Source: Parcubacteria group bacterium GW2011_GWA1_56_13 (GTDB taxonomy: Bacteria; Patescibacteriota; Minisyncoccia; Phycocordibacterales; Phycocordibacteraceae). Taken from it: a stretch of DNA of 64,000 nt. The notes beneath the pieces are model-generated. The model saw only the letters and a list, made by a program, of their open reading frames with translations. It was not told where the DNA came from and did not search any database. The DNA lies in NCBI GenBank assembly GCA_001004905.1, contig LCRY01000001.1, forward strand, positions 10,461 through 74,460, in the 5' to 3' direction. Both the position numbers and the translations under genes were made by a program. Below, piece after piece: positions 45,692-55,728 of the stretch; within the stretch, counting starts at the first letter, position 1; every line of letters begins with the position of its first letter.

Positions 45692-45746
45692 CCTGCCTCG
45701 CCGGCAAGGCGGGCGCGCCTGTAATACTACGGTACTATGCTAGGAT

Positions 45747-47216
45747 TTGGAAATGCAGTACCGCATTCCGAAAGAGGTTTCAGAAATTTCCAAACGGCTC
45801 AAAGAGGACGGCTATGAGGCATATCTCGTCGGCGGGTGTGTCCGCGACCTCATCATCGGCCTGGAACCTAAGGATTGGGACATCACCACAAGCGCTACCC
45901 CAGAGCAGATCCAGACCGTATTTCCGGATTCTTTTTACGAAAACGACTACGGGACCGTGGGGATAAAAAGCGGCTCCGAAGACAGCAGACTCGCCATCGT
46001 GGAAGTGACCCCGTATCGCGTCGAATCCGGCTATTCTGACAAACGTCGGCCAGATACCGTTCGATTCGGAACTTCCCTGCTTGAGGATCTTGCTCGCCGG
46101 GACTTTACGGTCAATGCCATTGCCCTCGATGTCTCTCAAGGACAACTCGTTGACCCCTATGGCGGTCAAAAGGACATAAAGGACAAACTTATCCGCGCCG
46201 TCGGCAATGCATCGGACCGCTTCGACGAAGATGCGCTCCGCATGCTCCGTGCGGTTCGCTTGGTCGCGGAACTTGGCTTCGGCATAGACGGCGATACGGC
46301 AGCCGCAATAAGCAAAAATAGCAAGCATTTAGGCCGTATTTCTAAAGAAAGGATACGCGATGAATTCGTGCGGATACTCAATTCGAGGCGGCCTATGGAC
46401 GCGCTCGTGCTCGCCAACCAGCTCGGCATCCTCGCATTCATCGTACCCGACCTCGTGCGAGGGATCGGAGTGGAACAGAATCAGGCACACTCGTACGATG
46501 TTTTTGAACATAACCTCCGCACGATGCAGCACGCGGCCGATAAGGAATGGAGTTTTGACATCCGCCTTGCTGGCCTTTATCACGATATCGCTAAACCGGA
46601 AACACGGCGTTGGTCGGAAGAAAAGAACGATTGGACCTTCCATGGGCACGATGTAGTCGGTTCACGTGTAACGAGAAAAGCGCTCGATAACTTCCATTTT
46701 TCACGCGAAACTGGAGAAAAGGTGGTAAAGCTTGTCCGTTGGCATATGTTTTTCTCCGATCCCGAACAAATTACCCTCTCTGCCGTACGCCGGATGATAA
46801 AGAACGTCGGGGAAGAGAACATCTGGGACCTGCTTAATCTCCGAATATGCGACAGGATAGGGACTGGAAGGCCAAAGGAACAGCCGTTCCGTTTCCGCAA
46901 GTACAAAGCAATGGTAGACCAGGCGTTACGGGATCCTATTTCCGTGGCTATGCTAAAGACAGATGGAGCCAGAATAATGCAGAAGTTCCACGTGAACCCC
47001 GGTCCGGTCATTGGGTATACGCTTCACGCGCTCCTTGAAGAGGTTCTTGATGATTCGGCCAAGAACACCGAGAAGTATTTGGATAAAAGAACCGAAGAAC
47101 TACTCAAACTGCCAGAAAACGAATTAAAAAAGCTCGGGGAAGCAGGGAAGGAACGTCGGGAAGCGGCAGAAGATGAGGAAATACAACGCATAATGGAGAA
47201 ACATCACGTGTGCTAA
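45747..47216 (+). CDS. cca: CCA-adding tRNA nucleotidyltransferase with a C-terminal HD domain
   Basis: GGCVRDLIIG...DWDITT polymerase-beta head motif; RDFTVNA; HD domain; 489 aa. Confidence 0.85.
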   Translation: MEMQYRIPKEVSEISKRLKEDGYEAYLVGGCVRDLIIGLEPKDWDITTSATPEQIQTVFPDSFYENDYGTVGIKSGSEDSRLAIVEVTPYRVESGYSDKRRPDTVRFGTSLLEDLARRDFTVNAIALDVSQGQLVDPYGGQKDIKDKLIRAVGNASDRFDEDALRMLRAVRLVAELGFGIDGDTAAAISKNSKHLGRISKERIRDEFVRILNSRRPMDALVLANQLGILAFIVPDLVRGIGVEQNQAHSYDVFEHNLRTMQHAADKEWSFDIRLAGLYHDIAKPETRRWSEEKNDWTFHGHDVVGSRVTRKALDNFHFSRETGEKVVKLVRWHMFFSDPEQITLSAVRRMIKNVGEENIWDLLNLRICDRIGTGRPKEQPFRFRKYKAMVDQALRDPISVAMLKTDGARIMQKFHVNPGPVIGYTLHALLEEVLDDSAKNTEKYLDKRTEELLKLPENELKKLGEAGKERREAAEDEEIQRIMEKHHVC

Positions 47217-47224
47217 CACATGAG

Positions 47225-47838
47225 CCTTCGATTGGTTAATCCCGAGGTAATCCAAATAGTATGTGAAATCTGATTCACGCGAAACAGATATGGGAACAAA
47301 AAAGCCGCTCAAGGTGGCCGAGGCGTAAAAGGAGCAGGGGCGTAAATGGTGCCTCAAGGCCGGAGAATGTAGAGCGGCTTTTAGTTTGAAGGAGCGCTTT
47401 CACGTGGAATACCATGCCGAAGGGCTTGTGTCGCGGATCGCCGCGGAGCGTTGGCAGGCACCTCATTTAGCGCTTTGATAGAAAGAACTGGGAAGGAACT
47501 CCCCGGTGCGCCAAGCAGAACCCGGCGTACCCTGGAGTAAATGTATTCCTAGTAAAGGACATTGTAAAGGACACATCTGTGGATAGTGTCCTTTAGTATC
47601 AACCCTGCAGGTTCGGTGTTAAAATTAGTGTGGAAGTGCAGGGCAGATAATAGCCGACGAGAGCGACGTTGATGACGGCCTTCGTCGCATTTCTCCAGAC
47701 CGTCTACGGGGCTTCCCATAGGACCAGGTGAACTCGCTGACGACTTCCTGGTTCCCGAAGGGCAGCAACGATTAACGAGATGGTGGCCAGTCGTCAGGGT
47801 TTGCCATCATTGAGGCCCCACGCGGGGCCTTTCTTTTT
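47225..47838 (+). ncRNA. Candidate structured non-coding RNA region, possibly RNase P RNA and/or another stable RNA, ending in an intrinsic terminator
   Basis: No credible ORF across about 600 nt; dense nested stems, e.g. aaaagccgctc (47296-47306) with gagcggctttt (47369-47379), and ctgacgac (47736-47743) with gtcgtcag (47791-47798); gcagaacccggcgta at 47514-47528 resembles RNase P CR-V ACAGAACCCGGCUUA; terminator aggccccacgcggggcct plus T-run at 47813-47838. Confidence 0.3.
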
Positions 47839-47869
47839 AATTTTAATTCGATGAAACGGGGCAGTAGTC

Positions 47870-48667
47870 CTATGTCGCGAGGGTAATCGCGACCGGACAA
47901 TGATCGGAGCCGTAAATATCTGGGTAGATGTCGGCTTTTTTGACGCGCTTTACGAACTCGTTCACGACGAAGAAATAATCAATGCGCCAGCCAACGTTGC
48001 GGTCGCGCGCACGAGTGAATAGATCCCAATAGGTATATGCCTCGCGCCTGGCGGGGAAGAAGTGGCGATATATATCCACGTACCCGGCACTGATAACTTC
48101 GTCTATCCAGGCGCGCTCCTCGGGCAAAAATCCGGTATTCTCCTCGTTTTCTTTCGGCCGCGCGAGGTCTATCTCTTCGTGAGCGGTGTTCAAATCGCCG
48201 CAGAAAATGACCGGTTTCTGCTTGCGTAATGTCTCGGCGAATGTGAGGAATGCGTCGTAAAAACGCAACTTGTAATCAAGCCGTTCAGGACCCTGCCCGG
48301 CATTAGGGAAATAGACGTTTAAAAGCCAGAAGTCCTCATATTCGGCCCCAATAAAGCGCCCTTCCTGGTCGAATTCTTTTATGCCCATGCCGTAGATGAC
48401 CGAGAGCGGCTCAATTTTTGAGTAGAGAGCGACGCCGCTGTAGCCCTTCTTGATCTGACAGGAGGAAAAAAACGCCGAATAGCCGACAGGGGAGAGCAGC
48501 GCTTCAGGAAGCTGCTCCGGTGCGGCTTTTGTCTCCTGTAGGCAGAAAATATCCGGTTTCGTACCCACCAGAAACGATTCCCAGTAACCATTCTTCGCAA
48601 GCGACCGCAGCCCGTTGACATTCCACGAGACGATGCGGATGGAGCTCATTTTGTCCCATTTTATCAT
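47870..48667 (-). CDS. xth: Exodeoxyribonuclease III (AP endonuclease, EEP family)
   Basis: IVSWNVNGLRS N-terminus; C-terminal SDHCPV; 265 aa. Confidence 0.85.
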   Translation of the reverse strand: MIKWDKMSSIRIVSWNVNGLRSLAKNGYWESFLVGTKPDIFCLQETKAAPEQLPEALLSPVGYSAFFSSCQIKKGYSGVALYSKIEPLSVIYGMGIKEFDQEGRFIGAEYEDFWLLNVYFPNAGQGPERLDYKLRFYDAFLTFAETLRKQKPVIFCGDLNTAHEEIDLARPKENEENTGFLPEERAWIDEVISAGYVDIYRHFFPARREAYTYWDLFTRARDRNVGWRIDYFFVVNEFVKRVKKADIYPDIYGSDHCPVAITLAT

Positions 48668-48703
48668 GTATGCTTTCTATGGCCGCTCTTTACGTCGTAC
48701 GTT

Positions 48704-49084
48704 GTGCACCGAACGGATGGAGCCAAGGGAGGGCGCATGAGTGCCGTCATTCATCGAGTGTTGCTCGCTGATCTCAAGGGTTTGGCCGAAATTTGGGAAA
48801 TCCCCAACGGAAACCTCGGACTCGAAATTAACGCCGAAGGGAATCTCGTTCCGAGACTCATTGACGAGGAAGACGGTGTCGCGAGTTTGTCCCAGATGCT
48901 GGAAGTCGCCGAAAGGGATTTCCCAGATAATGATATTTTGGATCTCGTCGTACAGATCTACGAGTCACGCGGCGGGAACCGGATGAAACTTTCGACGGTG
49001 AACTACATCTGTTCCGCGGAAGGCAGAGCCTGCAAGTCCCGTTGGTGGACGTTCACCGATGACTACAAGAACCGTATGCATTGA
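48704..49084 (+). CDS. Hypothetical protein
   Basis: 126 aa; no recognisable motif; followed by the hairpin agaggccc-ttcg-gggcctct. Confidence 0.4.
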   Translation: MHRTDGAKGGRMSAVIHRVLLADLKGLAEIWEIPNGNLGLEINAEGNLVPRLIDEEDGVASLSQMLEVAERDFPDNDILDLVVQIYESRGGNRMKLSTVNYICSAEGRACKSRWWTFTDDYKNRMH

Positions 49085-49206
49085 GCTCAGAGAGGCCCTT
49101 CGGGGCCTCTTCTCGTTATCTGACATGCTGTTTTCTTGGGAGCCCAGTGGACGACCCCTGCCACGGCATCGGAATACTTGGCCACGGGGCAGGTTTCGCT
49201 CCGGCC

Positions 49207-50106
49207 TTAGTTACGGGATTTCCCGTGGTATTTGCGGTGAATTTCTCTCAAATGACTATCGGTGATGTGCGTATAAATTTGGGTCGTATTGATGGAGGCG
49301 TGGCCGAGGAGCTGTTGGACGGAGCGGATGTCGGCACCATTGTTGAGTAAGTCGGTAGCGAAGACGTGACGGAGCACGTGTGGGGTTACTCTTTTTGTAA
49401 TACCGGCTTTGGCAGCGCATTTTTTGATAATTCGCTCGACGGAGCGGGGCGTGAGCCGCGCCGGAATGATCTTTCCGACGGGGACATTCACAAAAAGCGC
49501 CTCCGCCATGTCCTTGCGTGCCCTGAGGTACGCGGAAACGGCATTCTTGGCGACGGGGGAGAGAAAGACGACCCTGACTTTGTCTCCCTTGCCGCGCACC
49601 GAAAGGGAATCCTGAGTGATATCTATGTCCGAATCAAGCGCGCAGAGCTCGGAAACGCGCAGTCCGGTGGAGAAAAGGAGCTCGAGTATGGCGGCATCGC
49701 GCAGACCCTTCTCCCCGGAACCACGGGCGGCCTGCATAAGTCGTCCGAGCTCTGTGGGAGTGATGAGGTCAAGTTCACGTTCGGGAAGCTTGGCGAGTTC
49801 GATGCGTTCGGGAGAGATGCATTCGATGCCCTGCTTACGCAGGAATTTCAAGAATGCGCGGAGAGCAATCATATAGTAATTTTGGGTACGCCGCTTCATT
49901 GAATCGGCATTTGTCCCCTTCTGACGATTGAGCCACAGGCGGAAGTCGCGAATATTTTTTTCGCTGATGTCACCTACCTTTCGTATCTCCATCCGGGAGA
50001 AGTAACGGGTAAGGTAGTGATCATAATTTTCGACCGTTTTCACCGCGCGTCCGCGCTCTATCTCTATGTATTCCAGAAATTGTCGTTTTGCGGCCTCTGC
50101 TTCCAT
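49207..50106 (-). CDS. Tyrosine site-specific recombinase XerC/XerD family
   Basis: RVSELCALD; HVLRHVFATDLL; LGHASINTTQIYTHI catalytic Tyr motif; 299 aa. Confidence 0.85.
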   Translation of the reverse strand: MEAEAAKRQFLEYIEIERGRAVKTVENYDHYLTRYFSRMEIRKVGDISEKNIRDFRLWLNRQKGTNADSMKRRTQNYYMIALRAFLKFLRKQGIECISPERIELAKLPERELDLITPTELGRLMQAARGSGEKGLRDAAILELLFSTGLRVSELCALDSDIDITQDSLSVRGKGDKVRVVFLSPVAKNAVSAYLRARKDMAEALFVNVPVGKIIPARLTPRSVERIIKKCAAKAGITKRVTPHVLRHVFATDLLNNGADIRSVQQLLGHASINTTQIYTHITDSHLREIHRKYHGKSRN

Positions 50107-50209
50107 GTAATTACTTTAACACCCAACGTCGCACATTATTTTTCTAAGCGGTGCCCGGCACCATGTGACTCTTGCAATTTCGTGCTGGGCGTGGTAGGAT
50201 GAGGCGTCT

Positions 50210-50476
50210 ATGCTTACCACTAAGAAAAAGACGGCGGCTATCAAGAATGCCGCCCGGCACGACACGGACACCGGCTCGGCGGACGTGCAAGTCGCGCTCC
50301 TTTCGAAACAGATCGATGACCTGGCGAGACATCTCAAGAAAAATCCGAAAGATTTTCATTCTCGCCGCGGACTTCTGCAGATGGTGGCCGATCGTCGCTC
50401 TCATTTGCGCTACCTTGAGACTTCCAACAAACGCCGCTACAACGCTCTTGTCAAGAAACTCGGGCTCAAGAAGTAG
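50210..50476 (+). CDS. rpsO: 30S ribosomal protein S15
   Basis: 88 aa; GSADVQVALLSKQIDDLARHLKKNPKDFHSRRGLLQMVADRRSHLRYL S15 signature. Confidence 0.9.
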   Translation: MLTTKKKTAAIKNAARHDTDTGSADVQVALLSKQIDDLARHLKKNPKDFHSRRGLLQMVADRRSHLRYLETSNKRRYNALVKKLGLKK

Positions 50477-50568
50477 CCACGAGGGTTTAGTGCTACACTG
50501 GTACGTGTGCGATTTATTTGTATAAGCATTTTTTAGGGCTATACCCTAGCAACTCGTAATTTATTTTT

Positions 50569-51084
50569 ATGGCAGTTATCAAACATCCAGCTCAGCGTGT
50601 CGGCGTATTCATTGACACGCAAAATCTCTATCACAGCGCCAAACACCTCTACAAAGCGCGCGTGAACTTCGGTAATATCCTGGAGGAAGCAGTCGGAGGC
50701 CGCATTCTCGTGCGTGCCATCGCCTACGTCATTAAGACGGAGAGCGGCGAAGAGAAGGGCTTCTTCGAAGCACTCACCAAGATGGGCATCGAAACGAAGG
50801 TGAAAGACCTACAGGTCTTCGCCGACGGTGCAAAGAAGGCCGACTGGGACGTCGGACTCGCAATTGATGCGGTGAAACTCGCCCCGAAGCTCGACACGGT
50901 CGTCTTGGTTACGGGCGACGGTGACTTCGTCCCGCTTATCCAATATCTCGATATAAACGAAGGATGCCAAGTTGAGGTCATCTCCTTCGGCAAGTCGTCC
51001 TCGGGCAAGCTGAAGGAGGCCGCGCACGCATTCACCGACATGTGCGAGGACCCGCATCGGTTTACCATCTCTTCTCGCGGCTAA
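50569..51084 (+). CDS. NYN-domain (LabA/DUF88) protein
   Basis: RVGVFIDTQNLYHSAK...VLVTGDGDFVPLIQYL NYN motifs; 171 aa. Confidence 0.75.
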   Translation: MAVIKHPAQRVGVFIDTQNLYHSAKHLYKARVNFGNILEEAVGGRILVRAIAYVIKTESGEEKGFFEALTKMGIETKVKDLQVFADGAKKADWDVGLAIDAVKLAPKLDTVVLVTGDGDFVPLIQYLDINEGCQVEVISFGKSSSGKLKEAAHAFTDMCEDPHRFTISSRG

Positions 51085-51179
51085 AACATTCCTGAAAAGC
51101 AGGAATCTTCACCACAACAGCACTCCGTTTAGGGATAACGCGCTCGCACCAGCCCCCCATGCGCTACTATACGTAGTGC

Positions 51180-52424
51180 ATGGACACGTCCCCGACCGTA
51201 CCGACGGCCGCTTCCGGCGCCCCGCCGTCTTCAAACACCGGGCAGACGCCGGAGAAATATATCCGTACGTTTGAGGGCGACATAGAGGCCTTCAAGAAGG
51301 GACGGATACCCAACTTCGCCCCCTTGAAGGAGCCGCCGACGCTTGCTCAAAACCCGATCCAGCCGCCGCAGACACCCGTTCCCACGGACACTGCCCCGCC
51401 CGGCAATCCACAAGACAGATTGCCGGAAAAATTTCCCGCGAACCAAACCGCAGAGGCAAAACCAAAGCCGCCGGAATCTCCCCTGGAGACGTACGCAGGA
51501 GATTTTTCACGGAGGATGCAAGAAACGCACGCCTCGAGGGCGACCGTGCTTGCAGCGCAACAGGACGCTCTGTCGGGAGCGCCCCATGCCGTTTTGGAGA
51601 AATCTCCCGACAACAGGAATATGCTCTACGTCATTGCCGCCGCCGTGCTCCTGCTCATGGGAACGGCGGGAACGTACATTGCCTACACGCGCTACCTTGC
51701 CAGCGTGGAGCCGGTCGTTCTTGCGCCGGTGGTATCGGCCCCGATATTCGTCGACGAGAGGGAACAGATACTGAGCGCGGCTCCTTCGGATGTATGGCAG
51801 GTGGTCACTCAATCGGCGGCGCGTCCGCTTGCTTTAAACGCCGTCCGTCTTCTCTATATGGATCCGGTAACAACGACCGAAGATGATGTTTTTTCCGCCC
51901 TGCAGCTACCGGCACCCGACATTTTGCTGCGTAACGTGAATGCCGCGCGCAGCATGGCAGGCGTTATCCGTTCGGGGAGCGGACAAAGCCCATTTTTCAT
52001 ACTATCCGTTGCTTCCTACCGAGACACCTTCGCAGGCATGCTTGCGTGGGAACCGACGATGCCGCGCGATCTTGGCGCGCTCTTTTTTGTGCCGCCGCCA
52101 GCGTTCTCTGCGGAGGCAACAAGTTCGCCGCAAGCGGCCGCATCGATTGCTACCACCTCGACAAGTTCGCCGCAGACAGGTCCGGCGCAGACAATCGCAA
52201 CGACTACACAAAAAACAAGCGCAAAAGCAGCCCCTGGGGCGGCAACCACACCCGAATTTCATGACGAGATCGTCGGCAACCACGATGTTCGCATATATCG
52301 CGACGCCGAAGGCCGTACGCTTCTTTACGGCTATTGGAACCAGGAAACGCTCGTTATCGCGCGCGATCCGGCGGCATTCGTAGACATACTGGGGCGGCTT
52401 GCAACTTCCCGCGCACAGAACTGA
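51180..52424 (+). CDS. Hypothetical Pro/Thr-rich single-pass membrane protein
   Basis: Pro-rich N-terminus; TM MLYVIAAAVLLLMGTAGTYIAY; Ala/Thr/Ser-rich low-complexity segment; 414 aa. Confidence 0.45.
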   Translation: MDTSPTVPTAASGAPPSSNTGQTPEKYIRTFEGDIEAFKKGRIPNFAPLKEPPTLAQNPIQPPQTPVPTDTAPPGNPQDRLPEKFPANQTAEAKPKPPESPLETYAGDFSRRMQETHASRATVLAAQQDALSGAPHAVLEKSPDNRNMLYVIAAAVLLLMGTAGTYIAYTRYLASVEPVVLAPVVSAPIFVDEREQILSAAPSDVWQVVTQSAARPLALNAVRLLYMDPVTTTEDDVFSALQLPAPDILLRNVNAARSMAGVIRSGSGQSPFFILSVASYRDTFAGMLAWEPTMPRDLGALFFVPPPAFSAEATSSPQAAASIATTSTSSPQTGPAQTIATTTQKTSAKAAPGAATTPEFHDEIVGNHDVRIYRDAEGRTLLYGYWNQETLVIARDPAAFVDILGRLATSRAQN

Positions 52425-52446
52425 TTCTTTGCTATCATTACCCCCC

Positions 52447-52794
52447 ATGAAAATGAAACACTTTAAGCGGGAGCTCGAGGCCGAGAAAGCGAAGCTCGAA
52501 GCGCAGATGGGGACTATCGGCCGTAAGAGCCCGAGCGTTCCGGGCGACTGGGAGCCCGTGCCCTCGGAAACCGGCATGGAGTCGGACCTTGCTGACCAAG
52601 CGGACGTCGTTATGAGCCGCGAGAGCAACTCGGCCATCCTCGCCGATCTCGAAGCCCGTTACGACACCATTCTTGCCGCGCTTTCGAGGATCGAAAAAAA
52701 GAAATACGGAAAGTGCGAAGTATGCGGCGAGGAAATAGAGGGGGCGCGTCTCGATGCCGATCCCGCCGCTACGACCTGCATGAAGCATTTATAA
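52447..52794 (+). CDS. DksA/TraR-family C4 zinc-finger protein
   Basis: Coiled-coil N-terminus and C-terminal CEVCGEEI...[10 protein letters not shown] zinc finger. Confidence 0.7.
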   Translation: MKMKHFKRELEAEKAKLEAQMGTIGRKSPSVPGDWEPVPSETGMESDLADQADVVMSRESNSAILADLEARYDTILAALSRIEKKKYGKCEVCGEEIEGARLDADPAATTCMKHL

Positions 52795-52805
52795 TCCCGC
52801 CTTCG

Positions 52806-54380
52806 ATGTCGGCGACCCGATCGGAAGTTGCAGAAAGGACGAAACGAACAGCCGTCACGGCGAATAAGCGCGGATATGCGAAAACGCTCGCGGCGCAACC
52901 GATCGGGGCCGGCGCTCAACTGGTCAGTGTCGAAGCCGACCTCACGCGCGGACTCCACGCGTTCTCGGTCGTGGGACTCCCCGATAAGGCGGTCGAAGAA
53001 GCCCGTGACAGAATCAGCGCCGCGATACGCCACTGCGGATACAAGCCGCCGAAGCAGCAGAACAAACGTATCGTTCTCTCGCTCTCGCCTGCGGATTTGA
53101 AAAAGGAGGGTTCGCATTACGATCTTGCACTCGCGCTCGCATACCTTATCGCAGCCGATGACCTACAGCCGCTTTCCGGTAGCGCGCTCCTTGTGGGCGA
53201 GCTCGCGCTCAATGGGGCACTCCGCGCGGTGAAAGGTGTCCTGCCGCAAGTTCTTGCGGCCAAACAGCACGGCGTCAAAACAGTTTTCGTGCCGCCGGGA
53301 AACTCGCGCGAGGCCCTGCTCGCCGAAGGCCTCGCCGTCTATGCGCCCGCCTCGCTCGCCGAGCTCCTTCAGCATCTTGCCGGGGAAAAGCTCCTGCCGC
53401 GCCTGGTTCGCGACAGGGGAACGGTCCCACCGCAGCCCGCGCTCGACCTCGCCGATATAAAAGGGCAGGAGAGTGCTAAGCGCGCTCTCGAAATCGCCGC
53501 TGCCGGCCGACACAATATCGTCCTATATGGTCCGCCCGGCACCGGCAAAACGATGCTTGCCCGTGCGCTCTCCGGAATTCTGCCGCCCCTCTCCGACGAT
53601 GAAGTACTCGAAGTGACCGCCATACATTCGACGGCCGGACTCCTCGGCGACGGCGAAGCGATGTATTGGCCGCCGTTCCGCGCACCGCATCATTCGGTCT
53701 CGCACATCGCCGTCGTTGGCGGCGGCACCTTCCCCAAAGCGGGCGAAGTGACGCTCGCGCACAAAGGGGTTCTCTTTTTGGATGAATTTCCTGAATTTGA
53801 ATCACGAGCGCTCGAGGCGCTCCGGCAACCGCTTGAAGACCGGATTGTGACCGTCTCTCGGGCGCGGGCCACCGTTACATTTCCGGCTGATTGCATGATC
53901 GTCGCTGCAATGAACCCGGCAGACACGATCTCGAACGACGCGCGCGTCGCGCTCCGGGCCGCGGCCAAACAAGCGCGCCGCATTTCGCGACCCATCGTGG
54001 ACCGCCTTGACCTCTGGATCGAAGTGCCGCTCGTGCCGCATGACGCGCTCGCGAAGCTGGGCGGCGGCGAATCATCCGCGGACGTACGCAGGCGCGTTGT
54101 CGCCGCTCGCGCCCGTTCGGCGAAACGGATCGGCAAGCGCGGCGCCACGAACGCCGCGCTTACGGGCCGCGAACTGGATACGAAAGGCGCGTTCAGTGCC
54201 GCCGCGAAAGAGACCTTGATGAGCGCCGCCGCCCGCCTCAACCTTTCCCCGCGCAGTTTTCATCGCACGATGCGGGTAGCGCGCACGATCGCCGATCTTG
54301 CCGGTGCTGATTCGGTCACCCCCGCCTTCGTACACGAAGCGCTACAGTACCGTCCCCGCGGGCTGTTCGGATTCGAGTAA
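52806..54380 (+). CDS. comM: YifB/ComM-family Mg-chelatase-like AAA+ ATPase, competence-associated
   Basis: Lon-like N-terminal domain; [14 protein letters not shown] Walker A; [10 protein letters not shown]; C-terminal ChlI domain; about 525 aa. Confidence 0.85.
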   Translation: MSATRSEVAERTKRTAVTANKRGYAKTLAAQPIGAGAQLVSVEADLTRGLHAFSVVGLPDKAVEEARDRISAAIRHCGYKPPKQQNKRIVLSLSPADLKKEGSHYDLALALAYLIAADDLQPLSGSALLVGELALNGALRAVKGVLPQVLAAKQHGVKTVFVPPGNSREALLAEGLAVYAPASLAELLQHLAGEKLLPRLVRDRGTVPPQPALDLADIKGQESAKRALEIAAAGRHNIVLYGPPGTGKTMLARALSGILPPLSDDEVLEVTAIHSTAGLLGDGEAMYWPPFRAPHHSVSHIAVVGGGTFPKAGEVTLAHKGVLFLDEFPEFESRALEALRQPLEDRIVTVSRARATVTFPADCMIVAAMNPADTISNDARVALRAAAKQARRISRPIVDRLDLWIEVPLVPHDALAKLGGGESSADVRRRVVAARARSAKRIGKRGATNAALTGRELDTKGAFSAAAKETLMSAAARLNLSPRSFHRTMRVARTIADLAGADSVTPAFVHEALQYRPRGLFGFE

Positions 54381-54498
54381 ACGACCCAAGGTCTGGATTC
54401 GAATGTACATTCGTCGAAAATAATCCGCGGTTGCCGTCGGCAGGTGGAAGCTACTGCAACGGGTGAGGGTACAAAAAATATAATCGCTGTTTGCGCGC

Positions 54499-55647
54499 TC
54501 ACTGCGGAGAGCACACAGAACCAACACGGCAGGTGCGGAAGGGGTTGGCGGCACCGCGGACTTCGAAGTGGAGGTGCGTGCCGGTCACACGGCCGGTGGC
54601 GCCCACATAGCCGATGACCTGTCCTTGTGTCACCGCCTGACCCATGCCGACGGCATTACTGCTGTTGTGGGAATAGAGCGTCTGCGTTCCGTTCGCATGC
54701 TGAAGCACGATGTAGTTTCCGTAGCCGCCGTTCCAACCACCCGCGCGCGCAATGATGACCGTACCGTCTGCCGCCGCACGAATGGGAGTGCCGCGCGGAG
54801 CGCCAAAATCAATTCCGTTCCAACCATGCAGTCCTTGGGTCACACGGCTTCCCGGCACCGGATGGGCGTAATAGCCGGCGATGAACGTACCACCGGCACC
54901 GCGAAGTGTGGAAACGGCGGTTTGCGGGCGCGCCGCAGGCGGCGCGACGACCTCGCCGCCCGGAATGATAACGGTCGTACCAACGGCAAGCGGCGCACTC
55001 TCGTCAAGTCCGTTGAACTGCGCGATCTCGTCTGCGTCTCCGCTGTATTTCCTTGCAAGCGACCCGAGCGTGTCCCCCTTTACGACCTTGTGCTCGATGC
55101 CGGACACCGGAAGGATAACGAGCGTATCGCCCGGATGCACGTCCCGCGCGCTCTTCAAGTCGTTCGCCCAGATAATCGTATTTATGGAAACGTTGAACAT
55201 GCCCGCAATGTCCGAAAGCGTGTCATCCGGTCGTACGACGTAGACGGAGATACGACCGGGAGTCGCGGACCCCGCGACGTCGGCGATCGTGCCGGAAGGC
55301 CCGGAAAAAGCAAGCAGGGCCCTACCACCGCTTGTCTGAAGCGTGTCGAGGAGGCCTTTATTGGGATTCGGGTCCGAATTAGTGGCGGCGACGAGCGCTG
55401 GCGTTCCCGTATCCGGCATGAATGCATTCACTGCCGCCGCAGCGTTCGTAGAGAATGACCAGAACGCGCTGGCGTAGTTCGGCAGGACCGCGGCGAGCGC
55501 CACAATCGCACATCCCGATATGAAAAGCTGTTGAGTGAATTTTATAGGAAAACGAGGCGGGGCGGGTTGTCTGTCAGGATACAAGAATGGCTTACATACT
55601 CTCGTATATAAGCCATTCCTTGAATGCTTTCGTATCAGCCGATACAA
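54499..55647 (-). CDS. LysM-domain-containing M23-family peptidoglycan endopeptidase
   Basis: Two LysM repeats (DTLSDIAGMFNVSINTIIWAN; KGDTLGSLARKY); M23 motifs HNSSNAVGMG and GTHLHFEV; N-terminal membrane anchor. Confidence 0.8.
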   Translation of the reverse strand: MYRLIRKHSRNGLYTRVCKPFLYPDRQPAPPRFPIKFTQQLFISGCAIVALAAVLPNYASAFWSFSTNAAAAVNAFMPDTGTPALVAATNSDPNPNKGLLDTLQTSGGRALLAFSGPSGTIADVAGSATPGRISVYVVRPDDTLSDIAGMFNVSINTIIWANDLKSARDVHPGDTLVILPVSGIEHKVVKGDTLGSLARKYSGDADEIAQFNGLDESAPLAVGTTVIIPGGEVVAPPAARPQTAVSTLRGAGGTFIAGYYAHPVPGSRVTQGLHGWNGIDFGAPRGTPIRAAADGTVIIARAGGWNGGYGNYIVLQHANGTQTLYSHNSSNAVGMGQAVTQGQVIGYVGATGRVTGTHLHFEVRGAANPFRTCRVGSVCSPQ

Positions 55648-55728
55648 GAAGTGTAGCCGAGGTGAAGCCGCCCGTCAATCATGCTTTCTTCATTCTGTGG
55701 AAAGCGATTTGTACGCTATATTCGGTAG

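Noticed and set aside
47455-47530. SRP (4.5S) RNA, suggested by GGAAGGAA and CCAAGCAG fragments
   Set aside because: The fragments are not contiguous as in the conserved domain IV sequence GGAAGGAAGCAGCCAAGGCAG. The predicted pairing does not form the helix 8 symmetric loop.
47641-47720. tmRNA (ssrA) hypothesis for the structured region, with a possible tag frame GCAGATAATAGCCGACGAGAGCGACGTTGATGA (ADNSRRERR**)
   Set aside because: No tRNA-Ala-like acceptor/T-arm (GGTTCGA.TCC...CCA) lies near either end. The putative tag lacks the hydrophobic Ala-Ala C-terminus needed for protease targeting. It was retained only as part of the generic ncRNA candidate.
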